Shown here piece after piece: positions 51,566 to 64,000 of a stretch of 64,000 nucleotides of DNA. The stretch is from Paraspadella gotoi. Its lineage: Eukaryota; Animalia; Chaetognatha. Under the pieces are notes generated by a model. The model did no database searches. It saw only the letters and a list, made by a program, of their open reading frames with translations, and was not told the origin of the DNA. The stretch is taken from the NCBI GenBank assembly GCA_051294375.1, contig CM119266.1, forward strand, positions 27,419,017 through 27,483,016. Reading direction: 5' to 3'. Positions within the stretch are counted from its first letter, which is position 1, and each line of letters starts with the position of its first letter. The translations under genes were made by a program, and so were the position numbers.

Positions 51566-53303
51566 GTGCGCTCTCCCTCGTAAATCGCTTAACCAACCTT
51601 TGCAAAATTATCATTCTCAAACTGAATCGGGAATTCCGGTCCAAATCGTTTGTTATTTGATTTTGTTATTGTTTTGTTGTTCTTGATTAGTCACTCGTCG
51701 GAACGACCTTTCACTCGGGGCGAACAGTCGCAGGGGTACAACAAAGGAGTAAGAGAATACATTATTGATTGGCCTACGAAATGTGGAGGAGCCGAGAAGG
51801 GGTAGGAAGAGAAGAGAGAGTCACGGAAGAGAAGAAGCACGACGAGACGATCTGATTAAAAGGCATTAGAAAAAGTCTGTACCGTATGCGAAGTTAAATG
51901 TAGTGTTGTTATCTCGGACTACGGAAGAGCATTGAGCTCCTTGACCGCCGGACTCTTCTAACCTTCTTGGGATGGTAGTGGCCGCGCAAGATTGTGGGGC
52001 GCGCGAGTTGAAGTGGTGCCTATCAGTGCGACCAATACAATAAATCCAACTCAATAGAAGTCGTGGTGCTGCGACTAGCTGAATTGTTTAGTATCGCGCG
52101 ATTATGTTGATATTTGAAATGAAGCTTTTATCTTAAAAAGCGAATAAAAAAAGATATATGCCTATCAGAAATTTTTTGATTTCAATCGATTGAAAATACT
52201 GGATGTGGGGTTAAAAAAAGGAATTATTTATATGAGATTTACTATTTAAATTTGTGAAGTTTTGAAATGTCTTACGAATTCTAAAGTATTATATTATACT
52301 GTTCTGTTGTTTCCTCTAACTTTCATCTCTCACTGAAAAATGAAAAAAGTGGAACAGACGAAGAGCGAGAGTAGGGATGTGGAGTAAGCAGCTTTGATAC
52401 TGAATGATTGCTCAAAGTGGTGCATAAATTGTCGCCTTCTTTTCTCTAACTACGTCGGGTGCGGGGAAGAAAAAAAGAAAGCAATATACACCCGAATGAA
52501 GAAGATGTGCTTCAATATAGGGCGAAACAAGCTGTACGAAGGTGAGAGAATGTTCTTTCGAAAAGGCCAAAGGAAAGAGAGAAGAGAGAGCAAGAAGAGA
52601 CGAAGAGAGAGAGAGAGAGAGAAGAGAAGCCGTAAGAGCAGGGCAATTGCGGCTCTCGGCACGGCGTATAACTCGACGGCGCGAAAAAGAGAACGGGTAC
52701 ACTACTTTTTCCCTGTTATTGTGTTTGCAGACGTGTATTATATGATTACCTTGTCTCCTCGTCGGTTATCGTGTACTTTCGTTAAACATTCGTTTGTCTC
52801 GTCCTTCGGTCGTGATTGCGTGCTCCACTCTGGAAAGTGCGGGGGCGTCGCGCAGATATGGGCGACACGGTGCGGCCCAATGGGACCCTGTGGAAAGTAA
52901 ATAGAACACCACGAATTTTAACTGTTGTCGATATTACTCTCATCGTGCTTGCGTTGATAATTGCGTTATTTCTTAGGATTACTGGTTAGGTGCGCACGAT
53001 ACACGCGGTCAGCCATCTCTCTGTCCTTGTCGTTTTAGAGTTGCATTAATCATTAGCGATGCCGGTATCCAGTGGTTATCACACGCGCCGAGTTGTTCAC
53101 AGCGGCGCGTTTTTGGCCCCGAAAATTTAAGTGCTCTCTTCGAATTGAGTGTCTTTCTTTTCGACCTGGCACTGGCGCGGACGGACCGCGCGCATTGCAA
53201 AGTTTAAATCTTCTCACTCCCAGTTCCCACTCTCACTCCATTTCTTAATATATCTCTTACTCTCATCCCACTTTAATTAGGCTCAACGCAAAGCTTATGA
53301 ATA

Positions 53304-56300
53304 CAGATCTGCTCAAAAAATAGTTTAATAGTTATGATAAATTAGCAATTTTATTATTCGTATATTTGAAGGCGAAAATTAATAATTTTTAGCGTGGGCT
53401 CCTCGTTTCAGTATGAATAAATTGTCGGACCACTATTTGCTTCCAGTACCATTTTCCATGATGACAAGGGCAGGAGAGTCGTTTAGAGGCTGGGAAAATA
53501 TGAAGCGTTCGCTCCCCTCAAGATGGTGTTTCAAATTTTTTTGAATCTTTGTCGACATGTGGTATTAGCATGGTGTACTGCAAAGTCGCCCGTCTTTCAT
53601 CCTTGGACATTTTCCGGAGTGATGTTGCAGTCAGGCGAAAGTTTCCGGGGCTATTATTACTTGGAAGCTACCGTCCATCCCATTTTATCTCCAGTTAAAA
53701 TTTGTCTGGTATCCCAGTATCTTTATCCTTTCATAAAAACCGCCCATTCCACTGTTTTGAATTAAAATAGACTATGGCAACAATTTCCTCTTGCTCTCCA
53801 ACTGGCTTGCCAGAGCCCTTACGGTAGGTTCGAATGGCAAGATTTCCAGGTCATCCGTCCTTAGCACTCTTATGACATGCAGGGCCGCTTCGCTTTTCCA
53901 AACAGCTCGTCCAAGAGTTTCCAGTAATGCGTGGTCCAGAAGATTGCGTACACAACTCTGCAGACTGGCCTTATAGGAGAGAGAATTATAAGCTGTTTGG
54001 CGAATCCTTATCTTGACAAAAGTCCGCGACATCCTTGCACACTTCTGTGGGGATTAGCTCTTTTCAATTAGGCGTGAAAAATAAAAATATGCAGATGCGA
54101 CTTCCGCTTTTCTGGGGATAACGCTAGCAAAGTATTCCATCGGTAAAAATTTGATTAACAAATAAATCTTGATAAGTGCGTTCGATCGTGATAACCAATA
54201 ATTGATGCGGATGATAACGAGAAAACTGATTCGATATAATCAAGTGATAAGACAAATTGATTTCGATTGATCAACATACGATTAGATCAGATGTATTGAT
54301 GCGATGTATTCATTCTTGAGTGATCGACTTATCATGTGCTGATTGTTGATAATCATTTCATTGATGCGATGATAGTCATTCAATGGACGCGGATGAGATC
54401 CATCATCGTTAAATAAAATTCAACAATATTGCGTGTATATGAAATGTATAAGAGAGAGAGAGGAGAGAGAGAAAGAGTGGGAGAGAGACAGAGAGAGAAA
54501 AGAGAGACGAAGAGCTGGTCGTTTTCACTTAACTCGTTGTATATAAAGAATAATCAGAATTTTTTAGAAAAAAATCGCGACGAAAACTCGAGAAATAATG
54601 CGATAATAAAAGTTTTTAAAGGAACGAAAAAAAAGAGAGAAGAAAGAAGGTGATGACGAGAGAGAGAGAGAGAGAGTAAAGAGAGGATAGAGAGAAAAAG
54701 ATTTGTTTACAATTGGAAATTTTTTCCAATTTTTTCCAATCGCAGCTTGTAAAGATTTAATTATATTTGTTAATTAAAATTGTAATTGATATACGCATAT
54801 ACTCATTTAAAAAAAATCCTTTGAGTTTCCCATGTTGTCATTAAAGAATTTAAAACACAAATTTTTTGAATTTCATCTTCAATATTATTTATACTTGCAA
54901 GTAATGTAAATTAGATTAAACATTTCTTATCCAATAATACTAATTTGGATATGTTATTATCGAGATACTTTAATCTGCATTCTGCATGATTGCAGTAAAA
55001 TACATAATGAAGTGGATTTCAAACAAAAATGACTTAAATCCAAATGATTAATATGAAAATATCACAGCTATTTTCAAGATGAAAAGCCATATCTAAATTT
55101 TTAACTTACTATGATCGCACTTTACTTTAATTAGTTCATCTAAATATAAAAACATTAGTAGAATACAACCAAACTATAAAGCTTCATTAATTATGATTTT
55201 ATTTAAATAATAAAAGACGTAAGCATGCCAAACCAAAGCCGGGTGAGTTTTACGAGGAAGGAATCGAGACGGTGACGGGACGACAAGACGACGCGAACGA
55301 ACGACTTAACGATCACACAAAGAGAGCAACCCCACAAAACGTCAAGCGACACTCGATAAAAACAAAAAACAAAGGATCCGGATAAAAATTTTTTTTTTGA
55401 GAAACCAAATAAAAAAAAAACTGCTAAGATAAATTTCAAAATCCCGTTTTGTCTTTAAGTCCGGGGATCACTCAATTTCACATTATAATTAAGCCCTAAC
55501 AACCGAGCTCGATTCAGAAAGGACCAGCTCCTGACGATTTCCGAAAAATGTAGTTGCACTTTATATTTCTTTCAAAGCGTCATCGTTTTTATGATCTTTT
55601 TTTTTGTACTTATATAAAACTAAATAAGAAACCGCTATTTGATAGTGATAGTTGCAGCCCAAACGTAACCGGGTATTTCTCATAAAAATTCGCAATCCAA
55701 TGAGATTACCTCTTTTACGGTCTACTATACTCCAATCTCTAGTGAAAGATACTATTTTCAATAAATTGCTTCTTCCTTCATCAATACTAAATTTCTATAT
55801 TTTTACAATCAAGTTCTTTGGTATATAATTCCTTTGATTATCTTTGAATACGAAAAACAATTTTTCAAAAACAGCTGCTCATAGAAGTCGTCTCGCACCT
55901 TTCCTTCTTGCCCAAGATTTTTTTTCTTCATAGGAGAGTCTAAACGTGGTTGAGCTGCCAACTCTCGTTCTGTTTTATAACTTCCACTTCGTCAAGAAAC
56001 GTTAGAATTCTCCTGTGTATCTGCATATAGAATCTCATATAACGGATTTACATAAAGTAAAAAGTCAAATTTGCAAAAGTTAAATTTCGAGTAATGTTTT
56101 TGTATAACTGCATAAAAACTCATGAAAGTTATAAAAGAGAACCGTCTGGAAAATTGTGAAGAGTAGTTTGTCTTTTAGGGACTTATTAGTGATAACATCT
56201 ACCCCAATGTATAATGTACTTGTACCAAAGGAGATTTAAATTTATAAGAAGTAGAATTGCAGCTTACTGTAAAGAATCAGTTTTAATGTTAAAAATTTAG

Positions 56301-56697
56301 TTGTAGAAAATTTAGCTTACATATAAAAATAATTTTTCTCTTGAAAATCTAGTTTTACCGAAGAGAAAAAATTTTGTTTAAATTTTTATGAACATTATTA
56401 GGTAGATTTTTTAAAATGTTTTGAACAATTATTTAAGTAGAAAACCTCTGTACAGGATACTGCAGAAATGATTACGATACAGTAATTAAGAATTTCTACA
56501 ATTTTAGGTTGAGTGAATCCCTGGCCTTAAGTACGGCTTCTATAAAATTTAGGCCTAAAAACGTGTTTGATTATGGCTTCAATAAAAGATATTGTTCTTG
56601 GCCTGTCATATAAAACCCAAGCTTTTTAATAATAGGACGACAACAAGCGAATATAGTCGGGGGTTCAAAGTTTAAACTTTTTTTTTTAGCAGATCTG
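53304..56697 (-). mobile_element. Noisy duplicate of the Tc1/mariner element at 60543-63519
   Basis: Same TIRs (TA|CAGATCTGCT) and colinear internal sequence with many small insertions. Confidence 0.65.
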
Positions 56698-57789
56698 TAC
56701 ACTCCAAAGAGACGAGCGACATTTTACCAGAATGTTGATCACTTTTGTATTCATACCGAAGTTTGGATTTTTTAATCGCTTTTGGTTCTAACGTTTTTTG
56801 ATTAAATTATTAACCCCTGCTCCAGCGACCGCTCAGTAAACGGCGGATCATCCCGTCTGTGGAAAATTCAAAACCCAACTCAGAAAATTTCGATGAATTT
56901 TTTACGTGCGACAAACGCTCCGATTTTTCGTGGAAAACATAAGATGGTGAGGAATTGGAAGAGAAAGAACAAACAAACATATTAGGCAGATTTTCGCTCT
57001 TTCAGATGGTAAAAAATAGTTTCTAGTTTACGGTTATAGAAGTATATGAAAATAAACAATACAAATATATATGGAAAACAATAGAATTATTCATAAATGA
57101 AGTTCCAATATGCGGAGATTTTGTCTTCTTAGATAGGTTGTATTTTTTTATGTTGAATTTGGTCGACACTGAAATGACTAAGATTAGTTGTATTGTAGAT
57201 CTAGTAATACTAATAGTAATAATGCGATAGTAAATATTATTTGTTAAACTGAAGGAAATTCGGCGAATCGAGAAGTTTCAAAAAAAAGTTAAACTTGATG
57301 CAAATGAGATAGGATTTGATGTAATTTCATTTCCCTTTTTCGTTTCGTTTCGTTTTTTAAATGAGGGGCGTGTAGTGGGGCCCCGGTTCCATTGGTGCTA
57401 GGGACGGGCCCATAAAGAATGAAAATGATAATGTCTAGGCGTATGTTATTTTTTGAAATAGATTTATCTATAATGACATAAGACTGCTGGTCTCTGCAAT
57501 CTGCATAATTAAAATTACTTATATAATTACCTATATAGAATAAGGGGAAATTATTAGGGCTTTTAAAGGGGATCCGCTAAGAAAATAGTGGAGGGGCTCA
57601 GGAGCACAGGAGACGACAAGGCGAAGGGAAGTGAGGTGGAGGTGGAGACGATGGCATGGGAAAGGGGGAGAATGTCAAAAAAGAGATAAAGGTATTGAGC
57701 AAAATATGAATAGCAACAACAGAACAAGTATTAACAAAAAATTGAAATAAATAAAAAAGAAAATTGCTTGTATCTTAAATAGAAAGAGA

Positions 57790-59020
57790 AATGAGACAAA
57801 TGGTTTAAAGGATAAACAATTATAATTAAGAAATGGAAATGATAATTGTAAGGTGGGACTGAATCGACCAAATGTTTTAAAAGATTTTTAAACATATTAT
57901 TATACTAAAACTGAAATGAAATGAAAGGGGACTTGAATCGACAAATGTTTAAAAGATTTTAAAATAATAATCTAAAATGAAATGAAAATGAAAAGGGGAC
58001 TGAATCGACAAATGTTTAAAAGATTTTAAACATGTATATCTTCAAAAATGAAATGAAATGAAAGGGGACTGAATCGACAAATGCTTAAAAGATTTTATAA
58101 ACAATTATATCTTAAAACTTGAAATGAAATGAAAAGGGACTGAATCGACAAATGTTTAAAAGATTTTTAAAATATATATCTAAACTGAAATGAATGAAAG
58201 GGACTGAATCGACAAAATGTTTAAAAGATTTTAAACAATTTATATCTCTAAAACTGAAATAAATTGAAAGGACTGAATCGACAAATGTTTAAAAGATTTT
58301 AAACAATTATATCTAAAACTGAAATGATAATGAAAGGGACTGAATCGACAAATGTATAAAAGTTTTAAACAATATATATCTAAAACTGAAATGAAATTGA
58401 AAGGGGACTGAATCGACAAATGTGTAAAAGATTTTTAAACATTATATCTAAAACTGAAATGAAATGAAAGGGACTGAAATCGACAAATGCTTTAAAGATT
58501 TTAAACAATTATTATATCTAAAACTGAAATGAAATGAAAGGACTGAATCGACAAATGTGTTAAAGGATTTTAAACAATTATATCTAAAATGAAATGAAAT
58601 GAAAGGGGACTGAATCGACAAATGTTAAAGATTTTAAACAATTATATCTAAACTGAAAATGAAATGATAAGGGGACTGAATCGACAAAATGTTAAAGATT
58701 TTAAAACATTATAATTCTTAAAACTTGAAATGAAATGAAAGGGGACTGAATCGACAAATGCTTAAAAGATTTTAAACAATTATATCTAAAATGAAATGAA
58801 ATGAAAGGGGACTGAATCAACAAATGTGTAAAAGATTTTAAACAATTATATCTAAAACTGAAATGAAATGAAAGGGGACTGAATCGACAAATGTTTAAAA
58901 GATTTTAAACAATTATATCTAAAACTGAAATGAAATGAAAGGGGACTGAATCGACAAATGTTTAAAAGATTTTAAACAATTATATCTAAAACTGAAATGA
59001 AATGAAAGGGGACTGAATCG
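57790..59020. repeat. 67-bp tandem satellite (~18 copies; AAACTGAAATGAAATGAAAGGGGACTGAATCGACAAATGTTTAAAAGATTTT...)
   Basis: GGGGACTGAA at 58874, 58941 and 59008 (period 67). Confidence 0.92.
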
Positions 59021-59898
59021 TCGCTCTCCCTTCGTAAATGCTTACCAACCTTTGCAAAATATCATCTCAAACTGAATCGGAATTCCGGTCCAAATGTTTT
59101 GTTATTTTGATTTTGTTATTGTTTGTTTGTTTTGATTAGTCACTCGTCGAGACCTTTCACTCGGCGAACAGTCGCAGGTACAACAAAGGAGTAAGAATAC
59201 ATTATTGATTGGCCTCGAATGGAGGGAGGGAGAAGGGGGAGAGAGAGGGAGAGAGAGAGAGAGAGAGAGAGAGATCTGATTAAAAGGCATTAGAAAAAGT
59301 TTACCGAGCGAGAAATGGTTATGTGTATCTCGACTACGGAAGAGATGAGCTCCTGACGCGACTCTTCTCCTTTGGGAGGTAGTGGGGCGAAGATTGTGGG
59401 CGCCGATTGAAGGTGCCACAGTGGCCATACAATATCCACCTCATAGAATCGTTGCTGCGATAGTGAATTGGTTATATCGGCGATTAATGTTGATATTTGA
59501 AATTGAAGCTTTTATCTTAAAAGGAATAAAAAAGATATATGCCTATCAAATTTTTCTGATTCAATCGATTGAAAATACTGGTGTGGGGTTAAAAAAAAAC
59601 TTATTTAAAATATGAGCTTTTATTATTTAAATTGATTTGATCTACATATTCATAAGTATTATTATACTTTCTGTTTTCCTCTAACTTTCTCTCTCTGAAA
59701 AAAAAGGACAAAGGAAGAGCAAGAGTAGGAGGAGGAAGAGCAGCTTGTACTGAAGATTGCTCAAATGTGGCAAATGTCGCCTTCTTCGTTTCAACCTCGT
59801 CGTGCGGGGAAAAAAAAGAGCAATATCACCCGAATTGAAGAAATGTGCTTCGATATAAGGGGAAACAAGTTACAAGGTAGAGAATGTCTTTCGAAAAG

Positions 59899-59955
<57 letters not shown>

Positions 59956-60632
59956 CAGGCAATCGGCTCTCGGCGCGGGTTACTCGACGCGAGAGAACGG
60001 CCTACTTTTCCCTGTTATTGTGTTTGCGGTGTTATTATTGTTCCTTTCTCCGTCGTCGTCGTCGTCGTCGTCGTTCATCGTTTGTCGTCCTTCGTCGATT
60101 GCGTGCTCCACCTGGGAAGGCGGGCGTGCGCAGATATGGGGCGACACGTGCGCCAAGGGACCCCTGGAGTAAATAGACCCGATTTTAACTGTTGTCGATA
60201 TTACTCTCTCGTGCTTGCGTGATATTGCTTATTTCTTAGGATTACTGTTAGGGCGCACATACACGCGTCAGCCATCTTCCTGTCTTTCGTTAGAGTGCAT
60301 TAACATTAGCATGCGTATCAGTGGTATCACACGCGCCGAGTTTTCACGCGCGCGTTTTTGCCCCCGAAAATATTTTCTCTCTTCGAATTGAGTTGTTTTC
60401 TTTTCGACCTTTTGCACTTGGCGCGGACGGACCGGCGCGCATTGCAAAGTTTAAATCTCTCACTCCCAGTCCCACTCTCACTCCATTTCTTAAATTATAT
60501 CTCTTACTCTCATCACTAATTACTAAACGCAAAGCTTAAATACAGATCTGCTCAAAAAAAGTTTAATAGTTATGATAAAAGCATTTTATTTCGTTATTTG
60601 AAGGAAAATAATAATTTTTAGGTCTCAGTTAG

Positions 60633-61225
60633 TTAATAAATTGTCGGACCACTATTTGCTTCCAGTACCATTTCCATGAGACAAGGGAGAGAGTCGTAGA
60701 GGCTGGGAAAATATGAAGGGTTCAGCTCCCTCAAATGTGTTTTCAAATTTTTTTGATTTTGTCGACTGTCATTGCATTGTACTGCAAAATGTCCCTTTTC
60801 ATCCTTGACATTTTCGATGATGTTGCAGTCAGGCAAGTTTCCGGGCTAACCTTTGAGCACCTCCATCCCATTTTTCTCATTAAATTTTTGTATCCAGAAG
60901 CTTTATCCTTCATAAAAAGCCGCCCATTCACTGTTAAATGACTGGCAACAATTCCTCTTCTCTCAACTGGCTTGCAGAAGCCTTACGGTTTTGAATTGCA
61001 AGACTTTCCAGGTCATCGTCCTTGCTCTTATGAACATGCAGGGCCGCTCGCTTCCAACAGCTCGTCCAAGGTTTCCAGTTGCTTCAAATTTGTTAACAAC
61101 TCTGCAGATGGCTTAAGGAGAGAAATTAAGCTGTTTGGCGATCCTATATCTTGACAAACCCACTTTCCAAAGCTCAACAATTGCAGCTTTCTTTTTGGGG
61201 TTTAGCTGTTTTTAAGTTTCCTATT
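60633..61225 (-). pseudogene. Internally deleted, frameshifted Tc1-like transposase
   Basis: The minus strand gives an HTH-like KKAAIVELWKVGLSRYRIAKQL...KFEATGNLGRAVGSERP, then LFMKDKAS (cf. FQQDNAP), PDCNIIENV (cf. SPDLNPIEN) and C-terminal LYDSLPCLMEMVLEANSGPTIY* (cf. LVESMP.R...VI...GG.TKY). Confidence 0.78.
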
Positions 61226-61555
61226 GGTAAAAAAAATAATAAAAAATCTTAAAAGCAATAGAGATCGAGCCGCTTTCGATGGCTAACCAAATATTGATGC
61301 GATGATAACCAAATATTGTATGCGATGATAACCAATAATTGATGCGATGATAACAAAATAACTGATGTGATGATAATCAAATGATTGATGCCGATGCATA
61401 GTCATTCATTGATGTGATGATAATCATTCATTGATATGATGATAATCATTCATTGATGCGATGATAGTCATTCATTGACGCGATGAATCATTCATTCGTA
61501 AATAAAACAAACAAATGCGTGTATGAATGAAAGAGAGAGAGAAGAGAGAGAGAAA

Positions 61556-61587
<32 letters not shown>

Positions 61588-61702
61588 GCTGCGTCAGTTT
61601 TCACTTCCGTTTATATAAAGAATAATCAGAATTTTTTAGAAAAAAATCCACGAAAATCTCGGAATAAATGGCGATAATAAAAAGTTTTTTAGAAGGAAAA
61701 AA

Positions 61703-61747
<45 letters not shown>

Positions 61748-62290
61748 TAGAGAGAAAAAGATTGTTTTACAATTGGAAATTTTTCCAATTTTTTCCAATC
61801 GCCAGCTTGTAAAAGATTTAAATTTATATTTGTATTAAAATTAAGATATAGCTTCTCATTAAAAAAAATCCTTTGAGTTCCCATTTTTATTAAAATTTAA
61901 AAAAAATTTTTTGAATTTCATCTTCAAGTATTATATACTTGCAATATGTAAATTAGATTAAGCATTTCTATATACTAATTTGGATATTATAATGAGTACT
62001 TTAATCTCATTTGCATATGCAGTAAATCATAATGAAGTGGAAATTCAAACAAAAAATACTTAAATCCAAATTGTAATATGAAATATCACAGCTATTTCAA
62101 GATGAAAAGCCATATCTAAATTTTTAACTTACTATGATCGCACACTTTTGTAAAACTTTATCATAATTCATAATAATTTTTATTTTAAAAAAAACGGTAA
62201 GTCCACAGCCAAACCTATAAAAGCGTAGTAGTTTTTATATATGAAAACAGCGTGACGGACGACGACGGAACGACGACGACGACTACGTCA
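61222..62290. mobile_element. ~1-kb dispersed repeat nested in the Tc1 element
   Basis: Reverse complement of 37270-38320. Homology begins right at the presumed transposase start. Confidence 0.7.
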
Positions 62291-64000
62291 CAAAGAAGCA
62301 ACCCCACAAAACGGTCAAAGGCTCAGAAAAAACAAAAACAAAGATGGATAAAAATTTTTTTTTTGAAAAAATAAAAAATTGTAAGATAAATTTAATCCTT
62401 TTTTTGATTTAAGGTCGCGGGATCACTCAATTCAAATTATAATTAGCCTAAAACCGAGCTCGGATTCGAAAGGAGAGCTCCTGACGATTCCGAAATGTAT
62501 TCACTTTACTATTTTTTCAAAGGCGTCATTCGTTTTTTTTGATTTTTTTTGTACTATATAATAAAAGAAACCTATTTTGAAGAGTTGCAGCCCAAACGGT
62601 AAGGCGTTTCTCATAAAATTTGCATGAATTACTTTTAGGTCACTAACTCCATTCTATGAAAAGATATTTTCAAAATTTGCCTTCCTTCATATAAAATTTG
62701 ATTATTTTAATCAATTTTTGGATTAATTCCTTGATATCTTTGAAACGAAAAACATTTTTTCAAAACGCGCTCATAGAATCTCTCCCACCTTTCCTTTCTT
62801 GCCCAAGATATTTTTTTCTTCAAGAAGAGTCAAACGGTTTGAGCTGCAACTCTTCCGTTTTTAACTTCACTTCGTCAAGAAAGTTAAATTCTGTACTCAT
62901 TAAACTCATTAAACATTTACATAAAGTAAAAAGTCAAATTGAAATAAATTCGATAAGTTTTTTAACCTAAAAACTCATGAAAGTATAAAAAACCGTCTGG
63001 AAAATGTGAAGAGTAGTTTGTTTTAGACTTATTAGTGATACAACCCCATGTATGTACTTGTACCAAAGGAAGAATTAAATATAAGAAGTAGAAATTGAGC
63101 TTACTGTAAAGAATCAGTTTTAAGTTAAAAATTTAGTTGTAGAAATTTAGCTTACATATAAAAAATATTTTTCTCTTGAAAATCTAGTTTTACCGAAGAA
63201 AAAAATTTTGTTTAAATTTTTATGAACATTTTAGGTAGATTTTTAAAAGTTTTTGAACAATTTTTAATAGAAAACCTCTTACAGGATATGAGAAAATGAT
63301 TAAGATACAGTAAATTAAGATTTCTAACTATTTTTTAGGTTGAGTGATCCCTGGCCTTAAGTACTGCTTCTATAATATTTAGCCTAAAAACGTTGTTATG
63401 GCTTCGAATAAAAGATATTTGTCTTGGCTGTCATATAAACCCAAGTTTTAATTAATAGGACGACAAACAAGCGAGATAGTCGGGGGTTCAAAGTTTAAAC
63501 TTTTTTTTTAGCAGATCTGTACACTCCAAGAGACGAGCGCTTTTACCAAATTTGATCACTTTTGTATTCATACCGAAGTTTGGATTTTTTAACGCTTTTG
63601 TTCTAACGTTTTTGATAAATTATTAACCCCTGCTCCAGCGACCCGCTCCAGTAAACCGGCGGATCATCCCGTCTGTGGAATTCAAACCCAACTCAGAAAA
63701 TTTCATGAATTTTTTACTCGCAACGTCCGATTTTCGTGGAAAAATATAAGATGAGGAATGGAAAAAAACAAACAAACATATTTGAGGGCAGATTTTCGCT
63801 CTTCAGATGGTAAAAAAATATTTAGTTTAGGTTATAGAAGTATGAAAATAAACAATACAAATATATATGGAAACAATAAATATTCATAAATGAAGTTCCA
63901 ATATGGAGTATTGTCTTCATTTATTTTTTGTTGAATTGGTCGACACTGAATAGACTAGATTAGTGTATTAGTAATAGTAATACTAATAGTAATAATGCGA

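Larger units (their letters stand above)
60543..63519 (-). mobile_element. Decayed Tc1/mariner DNA transposon with a nested insertion
   Basis: TIRs CAGATCTGCTCAAAAAAAGTTTAA (60543) and TTAAACTTTTTTTTTAGCAGATCTG (ending 63519), flanked by TA on both sides, enclosing a transposase remnant. Confidence 0.8.

Noticed and set aside
57790-59020. Regular repeats resembling a CRISPR array
   Set aside because: The whole 67-bp unit repeats with no unique spacers, the context is eukaryotic and there are no cas genes.
62476-62500. CTGACGA-TTCC-GAAA, a possible second hammerhead
   Set aside because: No stem II, stem I or properly placed NUH triplet.

Overview
AT-rich eukaryotic genomic DNA, most likely from an invertebrate animal, with spliceosomal introns and abundant (GA)n and (GAC)n microsatellites. 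Assembly quality is mixed. There are three 25-N gaps and long indel-rich stretches (about 21.1-23.7, 26.6-33.0 and 46-57 kb) that look like uncorrected long-read gap fills and often duplicate neighbouring cleaner sequence. Supported genes: a complete two-exon GT10 alpha-1,3-fucosyltransferase (+, 1882-3262), an isolated ankyrin-repeat exon (-, 3713-3961) and an unrecognised two-exon, two-transmembrane protein gene (-, 9714-10829). Mobile and repeat content: a Helentron/DINE-like non-autonomous family with subterminal inverted repeats, a decayed Tc1/mariner element with TIRs and TA ends (60543-63519), a 187-bp dispersed element, a foldback hairpin and several satellites. Most interesting signals: a minimal type I hammerhead ribozyme of the Penelope type (-, 35769-35812) within an inverted repeat; a frame-preserving 210-bp tandem array encoding an extremely Asp-rich, Cys-containing 70-aa unit; and a CCA-containing 3' tRNA-Leu retrocopy. 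I cannot demonstrate a wholly new multi-gene system here. All calls come from reading the sequence by eye, with no database searches.
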